32,000 nt of DNA. Source: Brasilonema angustatum HA4187-MV1. GTDB taxonomy: Bacteria; Cyanobacteriota; Cyanobacteriia; Cyanobacteriales; Nostocaceae. The stretch lies in the NCBI GenBank assembly GCA_019359695.1, contig JAHHGV010000002.1:334534-366533 (forward strand). Reading direction: 5' to 3'. Shown piece after piece: positions 7,750 to 17,104 of the stretch; position 1 is the first letter of the stretch; each line of letters begins with the position of its first letter. Below the pieces are notes generated by a model that had not been told where the DNA came from, made no database searches, and worked only from the letters and a program-made list of their open reading frames with translations. The position numbers were made by a program, and so were the translations under genes.

Positions 7750-7869
7750 GGACAGTAGACCCCTAAGATTTTTTTGTCTTGAGTTTGTTTTTATAAGCAC
7801 TATAAGTAAACACAGGTAATAATAGTACTCTTATTTTTCATACTATGACAGGATTACCAATAGATAACT

Positions 7870-7939
7870 ACCATTAAGTTAATTTCTAAAGTTAATATTA
7901 AATCCCTCTTAAGGTTAATAAGTTAAAGTCACCATTAAC
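7870..7939. promoter_or_regulatory. cluster of GTTAAT-type hexamers in the divergent RR/ybaB intergenic region
   Basis: GTTAAT occurs at 7878, 7891 and 7913, GTTAAA at 7922 and ATTAAC at 7934. ACCATTAA occurs twice (7870, 7931). The background is AT-rich, so this could be chance. Confidence 0.2.
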
Positions 7940-8239
7940 TGCTTACTTTAAATATTATATACTGCTGTATTATTTGTTACATCTTTGCAAAAAAATCGGA
8001 TTGAATAGAATCTGAGTTGAAAAATTTAGACATGGTAAGGTTAATCAACGATTGAACCCAACAGAAACGATAAAAATCTATTTCTAAGTGCTTTGAATGT
8101 TGTAGATAAGAGGAAGTTCCATTTTGTGATTTCTTCCTTGCGTGTAAACAAAGCTATGACCAATATCTCTCTACAATTTACTCACGACATCTATAATTGA
8201 ATTTGATTTGTCATTCAAAGCACACTTGGACAAGAGATT

Positions 8240-8587
8240 ATGACAGGAAAAGGACAGGGATTTGGCTTTGGCTTGGGAAAAATGAGAGAACTGGCTGATG
8301 CCTTTAAAAAAGCGCAGCAAGTTCAAGAAGGCGCAAAGCGACTCCAAGAAGAATTGGAACAAATGGAAATTCAAGGAGAAGCTGGCGGTGGTTTAGTCAA
8401 GGTTGTTGTTAGCGGTAACCAAGAACCGAAGCGAGTGGAAATCTCTCCAAACGCAGTACAGGAAGGAGCAGAAGTCCTTTCCGATCTCGTAACAGCAGCA
8501 ATGAAAGACGCTTACAACAAATCTACTGCAACAATGCGCGAACGCATGGAAGAATTAACTAGTGGGCTAGAACTTCCAGGATTGTAG
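8240..8587 (+). CDS. ybaB: YbaB/EbfC family nucleoid-associated protein
   Basis: 115 aa: '[56 protein letters not shown]...[13 protein letters not shown]' is the canonical YbaB pattern. Confidence 0.9.
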   Translation: MTGKGQGFGFGLGKMRELADAFKKAQQVQEGAKRLQEELEQMEIQGEAGGGLVKVVVSGNQEPKRVEISPNAVQEGAEVLSDLVTAAMKDAYNKSTATMRERMEELTSGLELPGL

Positions 8588-8687
8588 TCATCAGTGAGCA
8601 TAAGCTTTGCTGAGGACTTCCTAACAGAGGCGACTAACCCCAGAGCGCAGCCTCTTGTGGAGGAGATACCCCAAGGGTCATGAGTTA

Positions 8688-8716
8688 TTTGTCATTAGCA
8701 TAACACTAATGACAAA
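8688..8716. other. 11-bp perfect hairpin TTTGTCATTAG-CATAACA-CTAATGACAAA
   Basis: Seen directly, between ybaB and the phosphatase gene. It is followed by an A-run, not a U-run, on the + strand. Confidence 0.4.
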
Positions 8717-8737
8717 AACAAAGAACAGTGAATATTT

Positions 8738-9223
8738 ATGCCCTACAAGCTGCTGTTTGTCTGTTTAGGAAACATCTGCCGCTCGCCAGCGGCAGAAAAT
8801 ATAATGAACCATCTGATTTCGCAGGCTGGGTTGAGTGAACGCATTGTTTGTGACTCTGCTGGGACATCAAGCTATCACACCGGTAGTCCACCTGATCCAC
8901 GCATGAGTTTTGCTGCACAACAAAAGCTGCAAATTAAACTGCTCGGAAAAGCACGCCAATTTCAAAAGTCTGATTTTGAAAACTTTGATTTGATTTTGGC
9001 GATGGATCAAGATAACTATGAGGACATCCTTTCTCTTGACCCAGCTAGAAAGTACCGCCACAAAGTACACTTAATATGTGACTTTTGCTCTAGGCATAAC
9101 CTTAAGGAAGTTCCAGATCCATACTACGGTGGTTCAGAGGGATTTAATCGGGTGATTGACTTACTTGTCGATGCTTGTGAAGGTCTACTCAAGCACGTTT
9201 CTAGTCAAGATTCTGGCTTGTAA
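8738..9223 (+). CDS. low-molecular-weight protein-tyrosine phosphatase
   Basis: N-terminal P-loop 'LFVCLGNICRSPAAE' (CX5R) and C-terminal 'DPYYG' Asp loop. Confidence 0.9.
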   Translation: MPYKLLFVCLGNICRSPAAENIMNHLISQAGLSERIVCDSAGTSSYHTGSPPDPRMSFAAQQKLQIKLLGKARQFQKSDFENFDLILAMDQDNYEDILSLDPARKYRHKVHLICDFCSRHNLKEVPDPYYGGSEGFNRVIDLLVDACEGLLKHVSSQDSGL

Positions 9224-9254
9224 TACAAATGTAGTTAAGGAAAGAAGTCAATCA

Positions 9255-9655
9255 ATTTTGGATTTAGGATTTTAGATTTTGGATTAACTCCACCCTAAAA
9301 GTGCTCTGCTTGGAGCGGAGCGAAACGAAGCCTAGATTTTGAAATTTACGATTTTGGATTAATTCCGTCCTAGAAGGCTTGCCGAAAATCAACGCCAAGT
9401 ACCTCTGTCGGGAAACAAGGACTATGGCACAAAGTGCCACGCTACGCGCTTGCTGTATTGGCTCCCCAATTTAAAATCTAAAATTTAAAATCTAAAATTG
9501 TTTCGGTCAGAATTCTGAATGGGCTAACGCCCTTGCACTCTACAGAATTCTGAATCTATCTCGTTGGGGTTTGAATCCAAGAGTCGTAAGTGATTCTGAC
9601 TGGAGGCGGAGCTATCCAGCGCTCCGCTCTTGGATTCTGACTCCTAGATTCTTTT
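9255..9655. repeat. dense cluster of short dispersed and tandem repeats
   Basis: GATTTTGGATT-type units lie at 9258-9290 and 9335-9360. AAAATCT/AAATTTA tandems lie at 9468-9498. GAATTCTGAAT occurs twice (9510, 9545). GATTCTGACT occurs twice, flanking the hairpin GCGGAGC-N8-GCTCCGC (9606-9627). Confidence 0.6.
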
Positions 9656-9991
9656 TCAATGACCCACTTATTCTCCAATACATACACGGAGGTAGGTGGG
9701 CTTACTAATTATTGTTAAAGAATTTTAATTATTTGCGTTTGTAGCGTTAATTTTAGTACCTCTGGTCTAGCAAGGTAACTAGAAAGGATATATTATACAG
9801 GCATGAACACGCAACTACCACTGAAAAGTTATGATTTCATGATATCAACATACACTTACAAATGTTTAGTAGAAATATCTTTTTAGAAAAAAACTTATGT
9901 TTTAAAAACTAAGCAGAGTCATTGTAAATACTTTTGCTGTTCATATAATCTGTATAGTCATAGCAATAAAGAAAAATGAAGGAAAAATGCT

Positions 9992-11368
9992 ATGGAAATT
10001 TACTGTACTCGTCCACACTGTTCAAAATCGATCAATTCTTTTCCCGATTTAAATGAACCTCTAGATCTGAAAAACGTTCGACAAAAATATTGCATAACTT
10101 GCGGAATGCCACTATTTTTAGATGGTCGGTATGTGCCCTTGAAGGAGTTAAGAAAGGGTGGGTTTGGAGCGGCATTTCTGGCATACGATCGCCGAACCCC
10201 AGCCATGCGAAAATGCGTCGTAAAACAGTTGCAACCATCTCCTAGCCTTAATGAAGAACAGATACAAAAGACGACACAGCTATTTCATCGTGAGGCAGAA
10301 GTTTTAGAAACATTAGGCACACATCCGCAAATTCCCGAGCTTTTTGCGTTTATTAATTTACGAGTTCCAAATTGGGAAGGGCAAAAAAATCAGGAGTTGT
10401 TTTACTTAGTGCAGCAATATATCGATGGTGAGGATCTAGAGCAGGAACTCAACCGCAAGGGTATGTTTTCAGAAGCAGAAGTTTTAGAAGTTTTACAAAA
10501 AATCCTCCCGGTTTTAGAGTTTGTCCATACTCATCACTCTATCCACCGCGATATTAAGCCTTCTAACATTATGCGTGCTCGTAATGGATCGTTATATCTT
10601 ATAGATTTCGGTGCAGTTAAGCAGGTAGTCAAAGCAACTCCTGAACAGCAAGGAGCAAACTCGAACGGTATACATTCTGGCATGTTAACAGGTATTTATA
10701 CACCAGGCTTCGCGCCATCAGAACAGACGGCTTGTCTTGCTGTGTATCCTTCAACAGATTTATATGCTCTAGCAGCTACCTGTGTGTGTTTGCTAACTGG
10801 TAAAAAGCAGATCAAACATTTTATTGACCCTAACACGAAAGCTTGGTTCTGGCGCTCACCCAAAGTTAAAGTTAGCGATCGCCTTGCCAATGTTTTAGAG
10901 CGAATGCTCAAAGATAAGCCAAAAGAGCGGTATCAATCAGCAACGGAAGTTCTTCATGCTTTGCAGCCAACCTCGAATTTGACTTCAACATTTATAAACA
11001 ATTTGGAGTGGTTGGTAGAACCCTTTTTGATTGGGTTTGAAATTGCACTACTTGCAATAGCTTTTAATAAACTCCCAACATCAATTAATGGGGCATTAGT
11101 AAGTATAACTTTGGCTAGCTTTATCTATGCTCAACATCGCCGAATTCTAACTAGACATCATTTATCCATTCTTACTGGAAGTACACTCGTTGTTGTGCTT
11201 TTATTACTATCGGACTTGCCTGCTCGATTAGAAATTCCTTTTCTGAATTTAGTCTTGCAAAATAATCCTATATACGTCATATTATTTGCTATATTGTCTG
11301 GTATTTTTGCTATCACTTTATTAGGTTTATCTCAACTCATTTACCAGCTACTTGCCCGCATAGTATAA
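9992..11368 (+). CDS. Ser/Thr protein kinase with N-terminal 4-Cys zinc-ribbon and C-terminal multi-TM domain
   Basis: Cysteines: CTRPHC...CITC. Kinase motifs: 'CVVKQL', 'HRDIKPSNIM', 'IDFGAVK', 'YTPGFAPSEQ'. The last 120 aa or so form about 4 hydrophobic helices. Confidence 0.9.
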   Translation: MEIYCTRPHCSKSINSFPDLNEPLDLKNVRQKYCITCGMPLFLDGRYVPLKELRKGGFGAAFLAYDRRTPAMRKCVVKQLQPSPSLNEEQIQKTTQLFHREAEVLETLGTHPQIPELFAFINLRVPNWEGQKNQELFYLVQQYIDGEDLEQELNRKGMFSEAEVLEVLQKILPVLEFVHTHHSIHRDIKPSNIMRARNGSLYLIDFGAVKQVVKATPEQQGANSNGIHSGMLTGIYTPGFAPSEQTACLAVYPSTDLYALAATCVCLLTGKKQIKHFIDPNTKAWFWRSPKVKVSDRLANVLERMLKDKPKERYQSATEVLHALQPTSNLTSTFINNLEWLVEPFLIGFEIALLAIAFNKLPTSINGALVSITLASFIYAQHRRILTRHHLSILTGSTLVVVLLLLSDLPARLEIPFLNLVLQNNPIYVILFAILSGIFAITLLGLSQLIYQLLARIV

Positions 11369-11407
11369 AGATTTCAAGCCTTATCGTTTTTTATAGAGTG
11401 TGTATTC

Positions 11408-12934
11408 ATGTTGGAAAGAAAAGATTCTCTGCGCCGCTTTGTTGCAGTCATTATTGCTTTAGGTATTTTAGGAGTTGTTGTGTGGGCATTAAAAAATTTT
11501 ATTCAACCCAATGAAGAGAAGACAGTAAATGTTAATGGAACTTCAAACTCTTTTTCCGATTCTTTAGATGAGCAGATGAGTTTTGGAGAAAAGAATTTAG
11601 TAGATAGAGAGCTAACTTTGAACATTCCTGCTTTCCAAGAAGCCAAAAAGCAGGGAATGGAAGGAATGGCTCAAAAGCAGTATCAAAAAGCTGTTGAAAA
11701 TTTTAAAAACGCACTGGCAATAGCACCAAATGCACCTCTAACTAGGATTTACTTGAGTAACGCTGAAATTGGTAACGCGGAAGCTTACACAATTGCTGTT
11801 CCAGTACCAATACAAGCAAAAGAAAAATATGATCCAATTGAAGCCTTGGAAATGTTACGTGGATTTGCTCAAGCACAATATGAAATTAATCAAAAAGGGG
11901 GCATTCGTGGTAAGCGAATAAAGTTACAGGTTATTGATGACGATGATAATCCAGAAATCGCCAAAAAAATTGCCGAAAAATTGGTTCAAGATAAGAAAGT
12001 AATAGGTGTAATGGGGCATGCTTCGAGTGAAGTCAGCCTAGCAGTTGCTCCAATATATGCCAATGGTAAGCTTGTATTCATTACCCCAGTCAGCACATCC
12101 AATAACTTAAATAACCCAGACAACGCTCTTAATAATGGTAAGCGCTACGTATTTCGCACAAATATTGATACTCAAATCGCAGCGCAAAATCTAGTCAGGT
12201 ATATGCATGATACTTTTGATGTACATAAGGTAGCAGTTTTTTACGATAACGAAAAAGATTCCCAGTATAACCGAGAGTTGAGAGAAGAGTTTACAAAAAT
12301 ATTAGTTAATTCCTACAAAGGCAAAATTGTTTATAAAGATGATTTATCAAAAGGTGGTAGCAATTACCCTGCTAAAGAAAAATATAAACAAGCTATTGAG
12401 AAAGGAACACAAGCTTTTTTGTTACTACCAAGTTCTAAAACAGTAACTCATGCATTGGATGTTATTTCAGCAATACCTAAAAATACAAGTGAATCTCAAG
12501 GCATAAAAGTGTTAGGAGATATTAGTAATTTATACGGAAGTAATACCTTGAATCGTGGTAAAGATACACAAGGTATGGTGTTAGCAGTTCCTTTATATCT
12601 TAATAGTGAAGACCAGTTTTCTCGGCAAGCTAAAGAACTTTGGAAAGACAAAATAGACTCTGCTTGGAAAACAGCAACATCCTATGATGCAGCACAGGTT
12701 TTTATAGAAGCGCTTAAACGTAATCCGGCTTCAGAAGCGCTTCCAGAAGAAATATGCAAAGAAGGCTTTCAAGCAAAAGGAACTTCTGGCGACTCTCTTC
12801 GATTTGACTGTTTAGACAGCAGTAGTCCTCAACAAAAAGTGAAATTGGTTCAAGTTAGTCCGCCTGATTCATCTAATAAACAGTATCATTTTAAGCTTAT
12901 AGAGCATCAGCCAAAAAATCACAAAGATGATTAA
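11408..12934 (+). CDS. membrane-anchored periplasmic binding protein (type 1 PBP, LivK/ANF-receptor-like)
   Basis: N-terminal anchor 'FVAVIIALGILGVVVWAL'. 'KRIKLQVIDDDDNPEIAKKIAEKLVQDKKVIGVMGHASSEVSLAVAPIYANGKLVFITPVSTS' matches the Leu/Ile/Val-binding fold pattern. It starts 39 bp after the kinase stop. Confidence 0.75.
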   Translation: MLERKDSLRRFVAVIIALGILGVVVWALKNFIQPNEEKTVNVNGTSNSFSDSLDEQMSFGEKNLVDRELTLNIPAFQEAKKQGMEGMAQKQYQKAVENFKNALAIAPNAPLTRIYLSNAEIGNAEAYTIAVPVPIQAKEKYDPIEALEMLRGFAQAQYEINQKGGIRGKRIKLQVIDDDDNPEIAKKIAEKLVQDKKVIGVMGHASSEVSLAVAPIYANGKLVFITPVSTSNNLNNPDNALNNGKRYVFRTNIDTQIAAQNLVRYMHDTFDVHKVAVFYDNEKDSQYNRELREEFTKILVNSYKGKIVYKDDLSKGGSNYPAKEKYKQAIEKGTQAFLLLPSSKTVTHALDVISAIPKNTSESQGIKVLGDISNLYGSNTLNRGKDTQGMVLAVPLYLNSEDQFSRQAKELWKDKIDSAWKTATSYDAAQVFIEALKRNPASEALPEEICKEGFQAKGTSGDSLRFDCLDSSSPQQKVKLVQVSPPDSSNKQYHFKLIEHQPKNHKDD

Positions 12935-13057
12935 TTAGGGGTGTATTGACTACATAAGCTAAAATACATCAAGACTCTATTTTAGATTTGAAATTTTGAT
13001 TTAGTGAAAGGGGAATTGGCATCTACTTTCTTAATATAAATTAACAGAGTGGATGCA

Positions 13058-13939
13058 ATGAAAAAGTGGAATAATCAATTCTTGTTATCCTTAACAGGAG
13101 CTTGTTTGGCAGTTGGATATTCTAGTTTATTAGCTACAGGAAATTCTCAGCAGAGTCAATTAATCTTGAAAAATCAATTTTTAGCACAATCAGAAATAAA
13201 TCCAAATGTCAATGAGTATCTTGAAAAGAATAAACTGGAAAGTTATAAGACTCTTAAAAAGAAGCTAGATGAAGCTATTCAGGATGCAAAAAGACCAACC
13301 CAGGATAAAGTTGTAAACAATCTTTGGAGATTGTCAATTAGCAATTCTAAAATCAAGATGAGGATAAAGAACGGTAAAACAGAATTTTTAATGGTGAGTT
13401 GGAAATATATAAAAAACCCAAACGAGGATTGGAAGCCTGGTTTGAAACAAATAGAAAACCAGACTTGGTTAACAGCTTCTACTCAAGTCAAAGATTTTTG
13501 TCATACCTGTAAAGGTTTAGGTATGAATATTTCTGGTGATATTATGCTTTCGCTAAGATTGCAGCAATATTTGGGTTTAATTTTGAATAGAAACTCCAAT
13601 AAGACGCATTTTGTAGAAATGTGGGTGAAAGCTGAAGATTTAAGTAGACCATGTCTTAATTCAAAAATTAATAATTCTAGTTGTCAAGTTTTTGCTGTAC
13701 CTCCTATTCATAATCCTGTGTTGCAAAAAATATACAAAAATTCCTTTGAAGGTGAAGAACATTATCCTTGGACAGGTTTGGGTTACACATATGATTGGGG
13801 AAATCCTCAAAAACCTCATGTTGGGGCAAGCGAGTTTATCATTAATGCAACTGTTACCAGCCCCATAACAGTAGAAGTTGTTTCTGTAACAGCTACAAAA
13901 GAGTATTGTAAGAATAAATATTTAACTTCTTCGCCGTAA
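13058..13939 (+). CDS. hypothetical secreted protein
   Basis: ATG at 13058 gives 'MKKWNNQFLLSLTGACLAVGYSSLLATG', which looks like a signal peptide. The sequence is AT-rich and several Cys are present. I recognise no family. Confidence 0.6.
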   Translation: MKKWNNQFLLSLTGACLAVGYSSLLATGNSQQSQLILKNQFLAQSEINPNVNEYLEKNKLESYKTLKKKLDEAIQDAKRPTQDKVVNNLWRLSISNSKIKMRIKNGKTEFLMVSWKYIKNPNEDWKPGLKQIENQTWLTASTQVKDFCHTCKGLGMNISGDIMLSLRLQQYLGLILNRNSNKTHFVEMWVKAEDLSRPCLNSKINNSSCQVFAVPPIHNPVLQKIYKNSFEGEEHYPWTGLGYTYDWGNPQKPHVGASEFIINATVTSPITVEVVSVTATKEYCKNKYLTSSP

Positions 13940-13940
13940 G

Positions 13941-14545
13941 TCCCCCGCTATAGTGGTACTCCACACTTCGACAAGCTAAGTGCAGCGCTTAGCGTGGGGA
14001 TATAAGGCGGGCAGCGACAATTGCATCTTGGCTTTATTTTTGCCAAAGGCAAAAGAAAGAAAAGATGTATGCGCAGTTGCCAATCTTCCAAGGCACGTTT
14101 TGGGGGGAAGATTCCCCCCAAAAGCTGCCGCCGGAATGGGTGTACAGCATGTTGTATGATAATATTGGTCGATGACCGTCAGGCAGTATGGAACAGACAG
14201 GTTAATACGAAGTAGCAGTAAGATGCTTACCGCAGCAACATCTACCCTGAAAAAGAACATGACCGCTGGTTAGTAAGGTTACGTCCTGCTAAAAAAACAA
14301 TCCAAGCCATGTTGTACGTTCAAAAATCAAACAACCTGCGGAAGGCGGGTTGCTGCCCGGATACATACAAATGTATGGGAGTAAGGGACGAGTTCCAAAC
14401 CTCCGGACGCCGTGTAAGACCATTATCGGATTTAGTTCCGAACTCCTAGCAATAGGACTACCCAACGTGGCAACGACGGATGAAACGGGAAGCCCCAACC
14501 ATAAACGGTACTCCGTTTTGGTGGTGGGTACTTCACCTACATCTG
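13941..14545. ncRNA. candidate structured non-coding region of unknown class
   Basis: No credible ORF on either strand. My hand count gives about 48% GC, against visibly AT-rich neighbouring spacers. At least 9 local hairpins are present, for example 14098-14123, 14038-14054, 14332-14352 and 14503-14518, plus a long-range pairing of 14007-14016 with 14124-14132. Strand is undetermined. Confidence 0.3.
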
Positions 14546-14615
14546 ATTAGGATAAAAAAGAGATTTTTAAAACCCTTTGTAATACCACGAATCTATTTTT
14601 GTAAGAGGTAGACAA

Positions 14616-14655
14616 ATGCACACAGATGAATTACGTCTTTTTGTCTGTGTGCATC
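14616..14655 (-). terminator. probable acs terminator
   Basis: An 11-bp stem ATGCACACAGA/TCTGTGTGCAT lies 49 nt downstream of the acs stop. On the minus strand it is followed by TTTGTC. Confidence 0.5.
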
Positions 14656-14703
14656 TGCAGTTCCAAATATCCTGAAATCAGACTTTTGCAAGAAAACTAC
14701 TGC

Positions 14704-16674
14704 TTAAGCACCTTGGCGCAGTTTATCCAAAACCCCCCGATCTTCTAAAGTAGACGTATCACCCGAAACTTCTTGCCCAGCAGCCAGATTCCGCAACAAG
14801 CGCCGCATAATCTTACCAGAACGAGTTTTGGGCAAAGCATCGGTAAAGCGAATTTCTCCAGGGCGGGCGATCGCCCCAATTTCTTTGACAACGTGTTGCT
14901 TGAGTTCTTTACTCAGTTCTTCACTAGGATTGCGATCGCCTTCTAAAGTCACAAAAGCTACTATGTCTTCTCCTTTTAGGTCATCTGGCTTACCGACCAC
15001 AGCGGCTTCAGCTACTGCTGGATGAGACACAAGGGCTGATTCCACTTCCATTGTACCAAGACGGTGACCTGATATATTAATAACATCATCAACACGCCCC
15101 ATAACCCAAAAATAACCGTCTTGATCGCGTCTTGCCCCATCTCCAGCAAAGTAGACATATTGCCCATCTTTCGGGGGGATGTGTTCCCAGTAGGTACGAC
15201 GGAAGCGCTCAGGATCACCGTATACTGTTCGCATCATACCAGGCCAAGGATGGCGCACTATCAAATAACCGCCTTCATTGTCACCTACAGAATTACCTTC
15301 TAAATCCGCCACATCGGCTAGGATTCCAGGGAAAGGACGAGTTGCGGAACCAGGTTTAGTGGAAATTGCCCCCGGTAACGGTGTAATCATGATACCGCCA
15401 GTTTCCGTTTGCCACCAAGTATCAACAATCGGACAGCGTTCACCACCAATTACTTTGTGATACCACATCCAAGCTTCTGGGTTAATTGGTTCGCCCACGG
15501 TTCCTAGCAAACGTAAAGAAGACAGATTTCGCGCTTTTGGCAGATGTTCGCCCATCTTGATAAAGGCACGAATCGCAGTTGGTGCGGTATAAAAAATATT
15601 TACGCCGTATTTCTCAATAATGTCCCAGGTACAGCCAGGGTTAGAAGCGCGAGCCGCACCTTCGTACATCACCGTTGTTGCACCATTGGAAAGAGGACCA
15701 TAAACAATGTAGCTATGTCCCGTAATCCAACCTACGTCAGCAGTACACCAATATACATCTGTGTCTTGTAGGTCAAAAATCCATTTGGTTGTCATGTGAG
15801 CGTATAAGTTATAACCAGCCGTTGTGTGTACAACACCTTTCGGTTTGCCAGTGCTGCCGGAAGTGTAGAGAATGAACAGCATATCTTCACTGTCCATTGG
15901 TTCGGCGGGACAATCTGCGGAAACATTCTTTTGCAAATCATGCCACCATTGATCACGTCCTGGTTGCATGTGAGTTTCTTGACGGGTACGCTGCACTACC
16001 ACAACGTTTTCGACACTGGGAACAGCGTTATCAGCCAAGGCTTTGTCTACTTGTTCCTTGAGAGGAACGATCGCATCCTTACGCCAACCACCATCAGCAG
16101 TAACGACGAGTTTTGCTTGAGCATCTATAAGTCTGTCGCGCAAAGCTTCTGCACTAAAACCACCAAAAACAACACTGTGAGGTGCACCGATTCTGGCACA
16201 GGCTAACATGGCGATCGCCGCTTCCGGAATCATCGGCATATAAATGCCAACCCGATCTCCTTTTTTCACACCTAGTTGCTTCAGTACATTCGCAAACTGA
16301 CAAACTTCCCGGTGCAATTGGGCGTAGGTGATGGTGCGCGAGTCGCCTGGTTCTCCTTCCCAAATAATCGCAGCTTTATTTTTACGCCATGTGGTGATAT
16401 GTCTGTCAAGACAGTTGTAAGAAATATTAATCTTGCCATTGACAAACCACTTAGCAAACGGCGGTTGCCAGTCTAGAATTGTGTCCCACTTTTGGAACCA
16501 GTGCAACTCTTGTTCTGCTAACTCCGCCCAGAATTTTTGCGGATCAGCTTTCGCTTTGTCGTAAAGGCGCTGGTATTCTTCCAAGCTTTTGATATGAGCG
16601 TTTTGGGAGAATTCAGGGCTGGGATGGAATAGACGCTTTTCTTGAAGGATTGATTCTATCGTTACTTGGGACAT
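14704..16674 (-). CDS. acs: acetyl-CoA synthetase (acetate--CoA ligase)
   Basis: 656 aa with the AMP-binding motif '[12 protein letters not shown]', 'WWQTETGG', and the C-terminal '[12 protein letters not shown]'. It is collinear with Acs along the full length. Confidence 0.97.
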   Translation of the reverse strand: MSQVTIESILQEKRLFHPSPEFSQNAHIKSLEEYQRLYDKAKADPQKFWAELAEQELHWFQKWDTILDWQPPFAKWFVNGKINISYNCLDRHITTWRKNKAAIIWEGEPGDSRTITYAQLHREVCQFANVLKQLGVKKGDRVGIYMPMIPEAAIAMLACARIGAPHSVVFGGFSAEALRDRLIDAQAKLVVTADGGWRKDAIVPLKEQVDKALADNAVPSVENVVVVQRTRQETHMQPGRDQWWHDLQKNVSADCPAEPMDSEDMLFILYTSGSTGKPKGVVHTTAGYNLYAHMTTKWIFDLQDTDVYWCTADVGWITGHSYIVYGPLSNGATTVMYEGAARASNPGCTWDIIEKYGVNIFYTAPTAIRAFIKMGEHLPKARNLSSLRLLGTVGEPINPEAWMWYHKVIGGERCPIVDTWWQTETGGIMITPLPGAISTKPGSATRPFPGILADVADLEGNSVGDNEGGYLIVRHPWPGMMRTVYGDPERFRRTYWEHIPPKDGQYVYFAGDGARRDQDGYFWVMGRVDDVINISGHRLGTMEVESALVSHPAVAEAAVVGKPDDLKGEDIVAFVTLEGDRNPSEELSKELKQHVVKEIGAIARPGEIRFTDALPKTRSGKIMRRLLRNLAAGQEVSGDTSTLEDRGVLDKLRQGA

Positions 16675-16810
16675 GATTGTTTTTGTAATTGGTGATGTGA
16701 CTGAATACTACTGAAAACTATTGTGTACGCAGATTTACGAGAAAGTGTTTTGATTTTCGTTAAGATATGGGGCAATTGCAAAATAACTTTATTAAGACTT
16801 AGGCAGAAGA

Positions 16811-16879
16811 GATCCCCCAACCCCCTTAAAAAGGGGGCTTTTAAGATTCCCCCCTTTTTAAGGGGGGCTAGGGGGGATC
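16811..16879. repeat. nested G/C-run palindromic element
   Basis: GATCCCCC...GGGGGATC encloses two hairpins, CCCCCTTAAAAAGGGGG (16821-16837) and CCCCCCTTTTTAAGGGGGG (16849-16867). Confidence 0.7.
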
Positions 16880-17104
16880 CCAGATTTTGGGTTTTCAGTG
16901 CGTAATACCAATTTGAAAAAAGAATGCGACAGATACACATTCCCAAACCCAAGTTTCGTCTCGGCTTTCTTCCAGATTGAATTTTGAATTTTGAATTGGT
17001 ATAAGTCCCCTTTATACATAGCCACAAGAAGTAGCCGTTGAGAACCTATTTCTAATTTTCATATTGCAAGATGATAGGTAGTACTCACAATACTTGCTTG
17101 CGCC

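Noticed and set aside
8590-8690. GC-rich stretch after ybaB (GGCGACTAACCCCAGAGCGCAGCCTCTTGTGGAGGAGATACCCC) considered as an sRNA or riboswitch
   Set aside because: I could find no convincing conserved riboswitch core or stable extended helix. It resembles generic Nostoc dispersed repeat sequence.
13994-14030. GGGGATATAAGGCGG resembles the 5' end of the cyanobacterial tRNA-Leu(UAA) gene (GGGGATATGGCGGAA), which hosts a group I intron
   Set aside because: The similarity stops after about 14 nt. No D-arm, anticodon or T-arm (GGTTCGAATCC-like) follows, and there is no matching 3' exon downstream.
13941-14545. Possible RNase P RNA, tmRNA, SRP RNA or ORF-less group II intron
   Set aside because: Neither strand carries the conserved cores I know for these RNAs. 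I found no GAGGAAAGTCCGGGC, no tRNA-like CCA-proximal acceptor or T-arm, and no domain V AGC...GNRA...hairpin. I therefore kept it only as an unclassified candidate.
14828-16476. Eight ORFs of 60-126 aa inside the acs region
   Set aside because: All overlap the full-length acs reading frame on either strand. They are typical shadow ORFs of a relatively GC-rich gene.
16725-16738. GTA-N8-TAC (GTACGCAGATTTAC), an NtcA-type site about 50 bp upstream of acs
   Set aside because: The nearest -10-like hexamer (TAGTAT) is only about 14 nt away rather than about 22 nt. The relaxed motif is also expected several times by chance in 32 kb. The evidence is not sufficient to call a site.
16662-17027. 121-aa minus-strand ORF and the 16723-16905 + ORF
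   Set aside because: They run across the palindromic repeat element at 16811-16879 and overlap the acs start. Their translations are low-complexity repeat read-through (PLKKGG..KAPFLRG).
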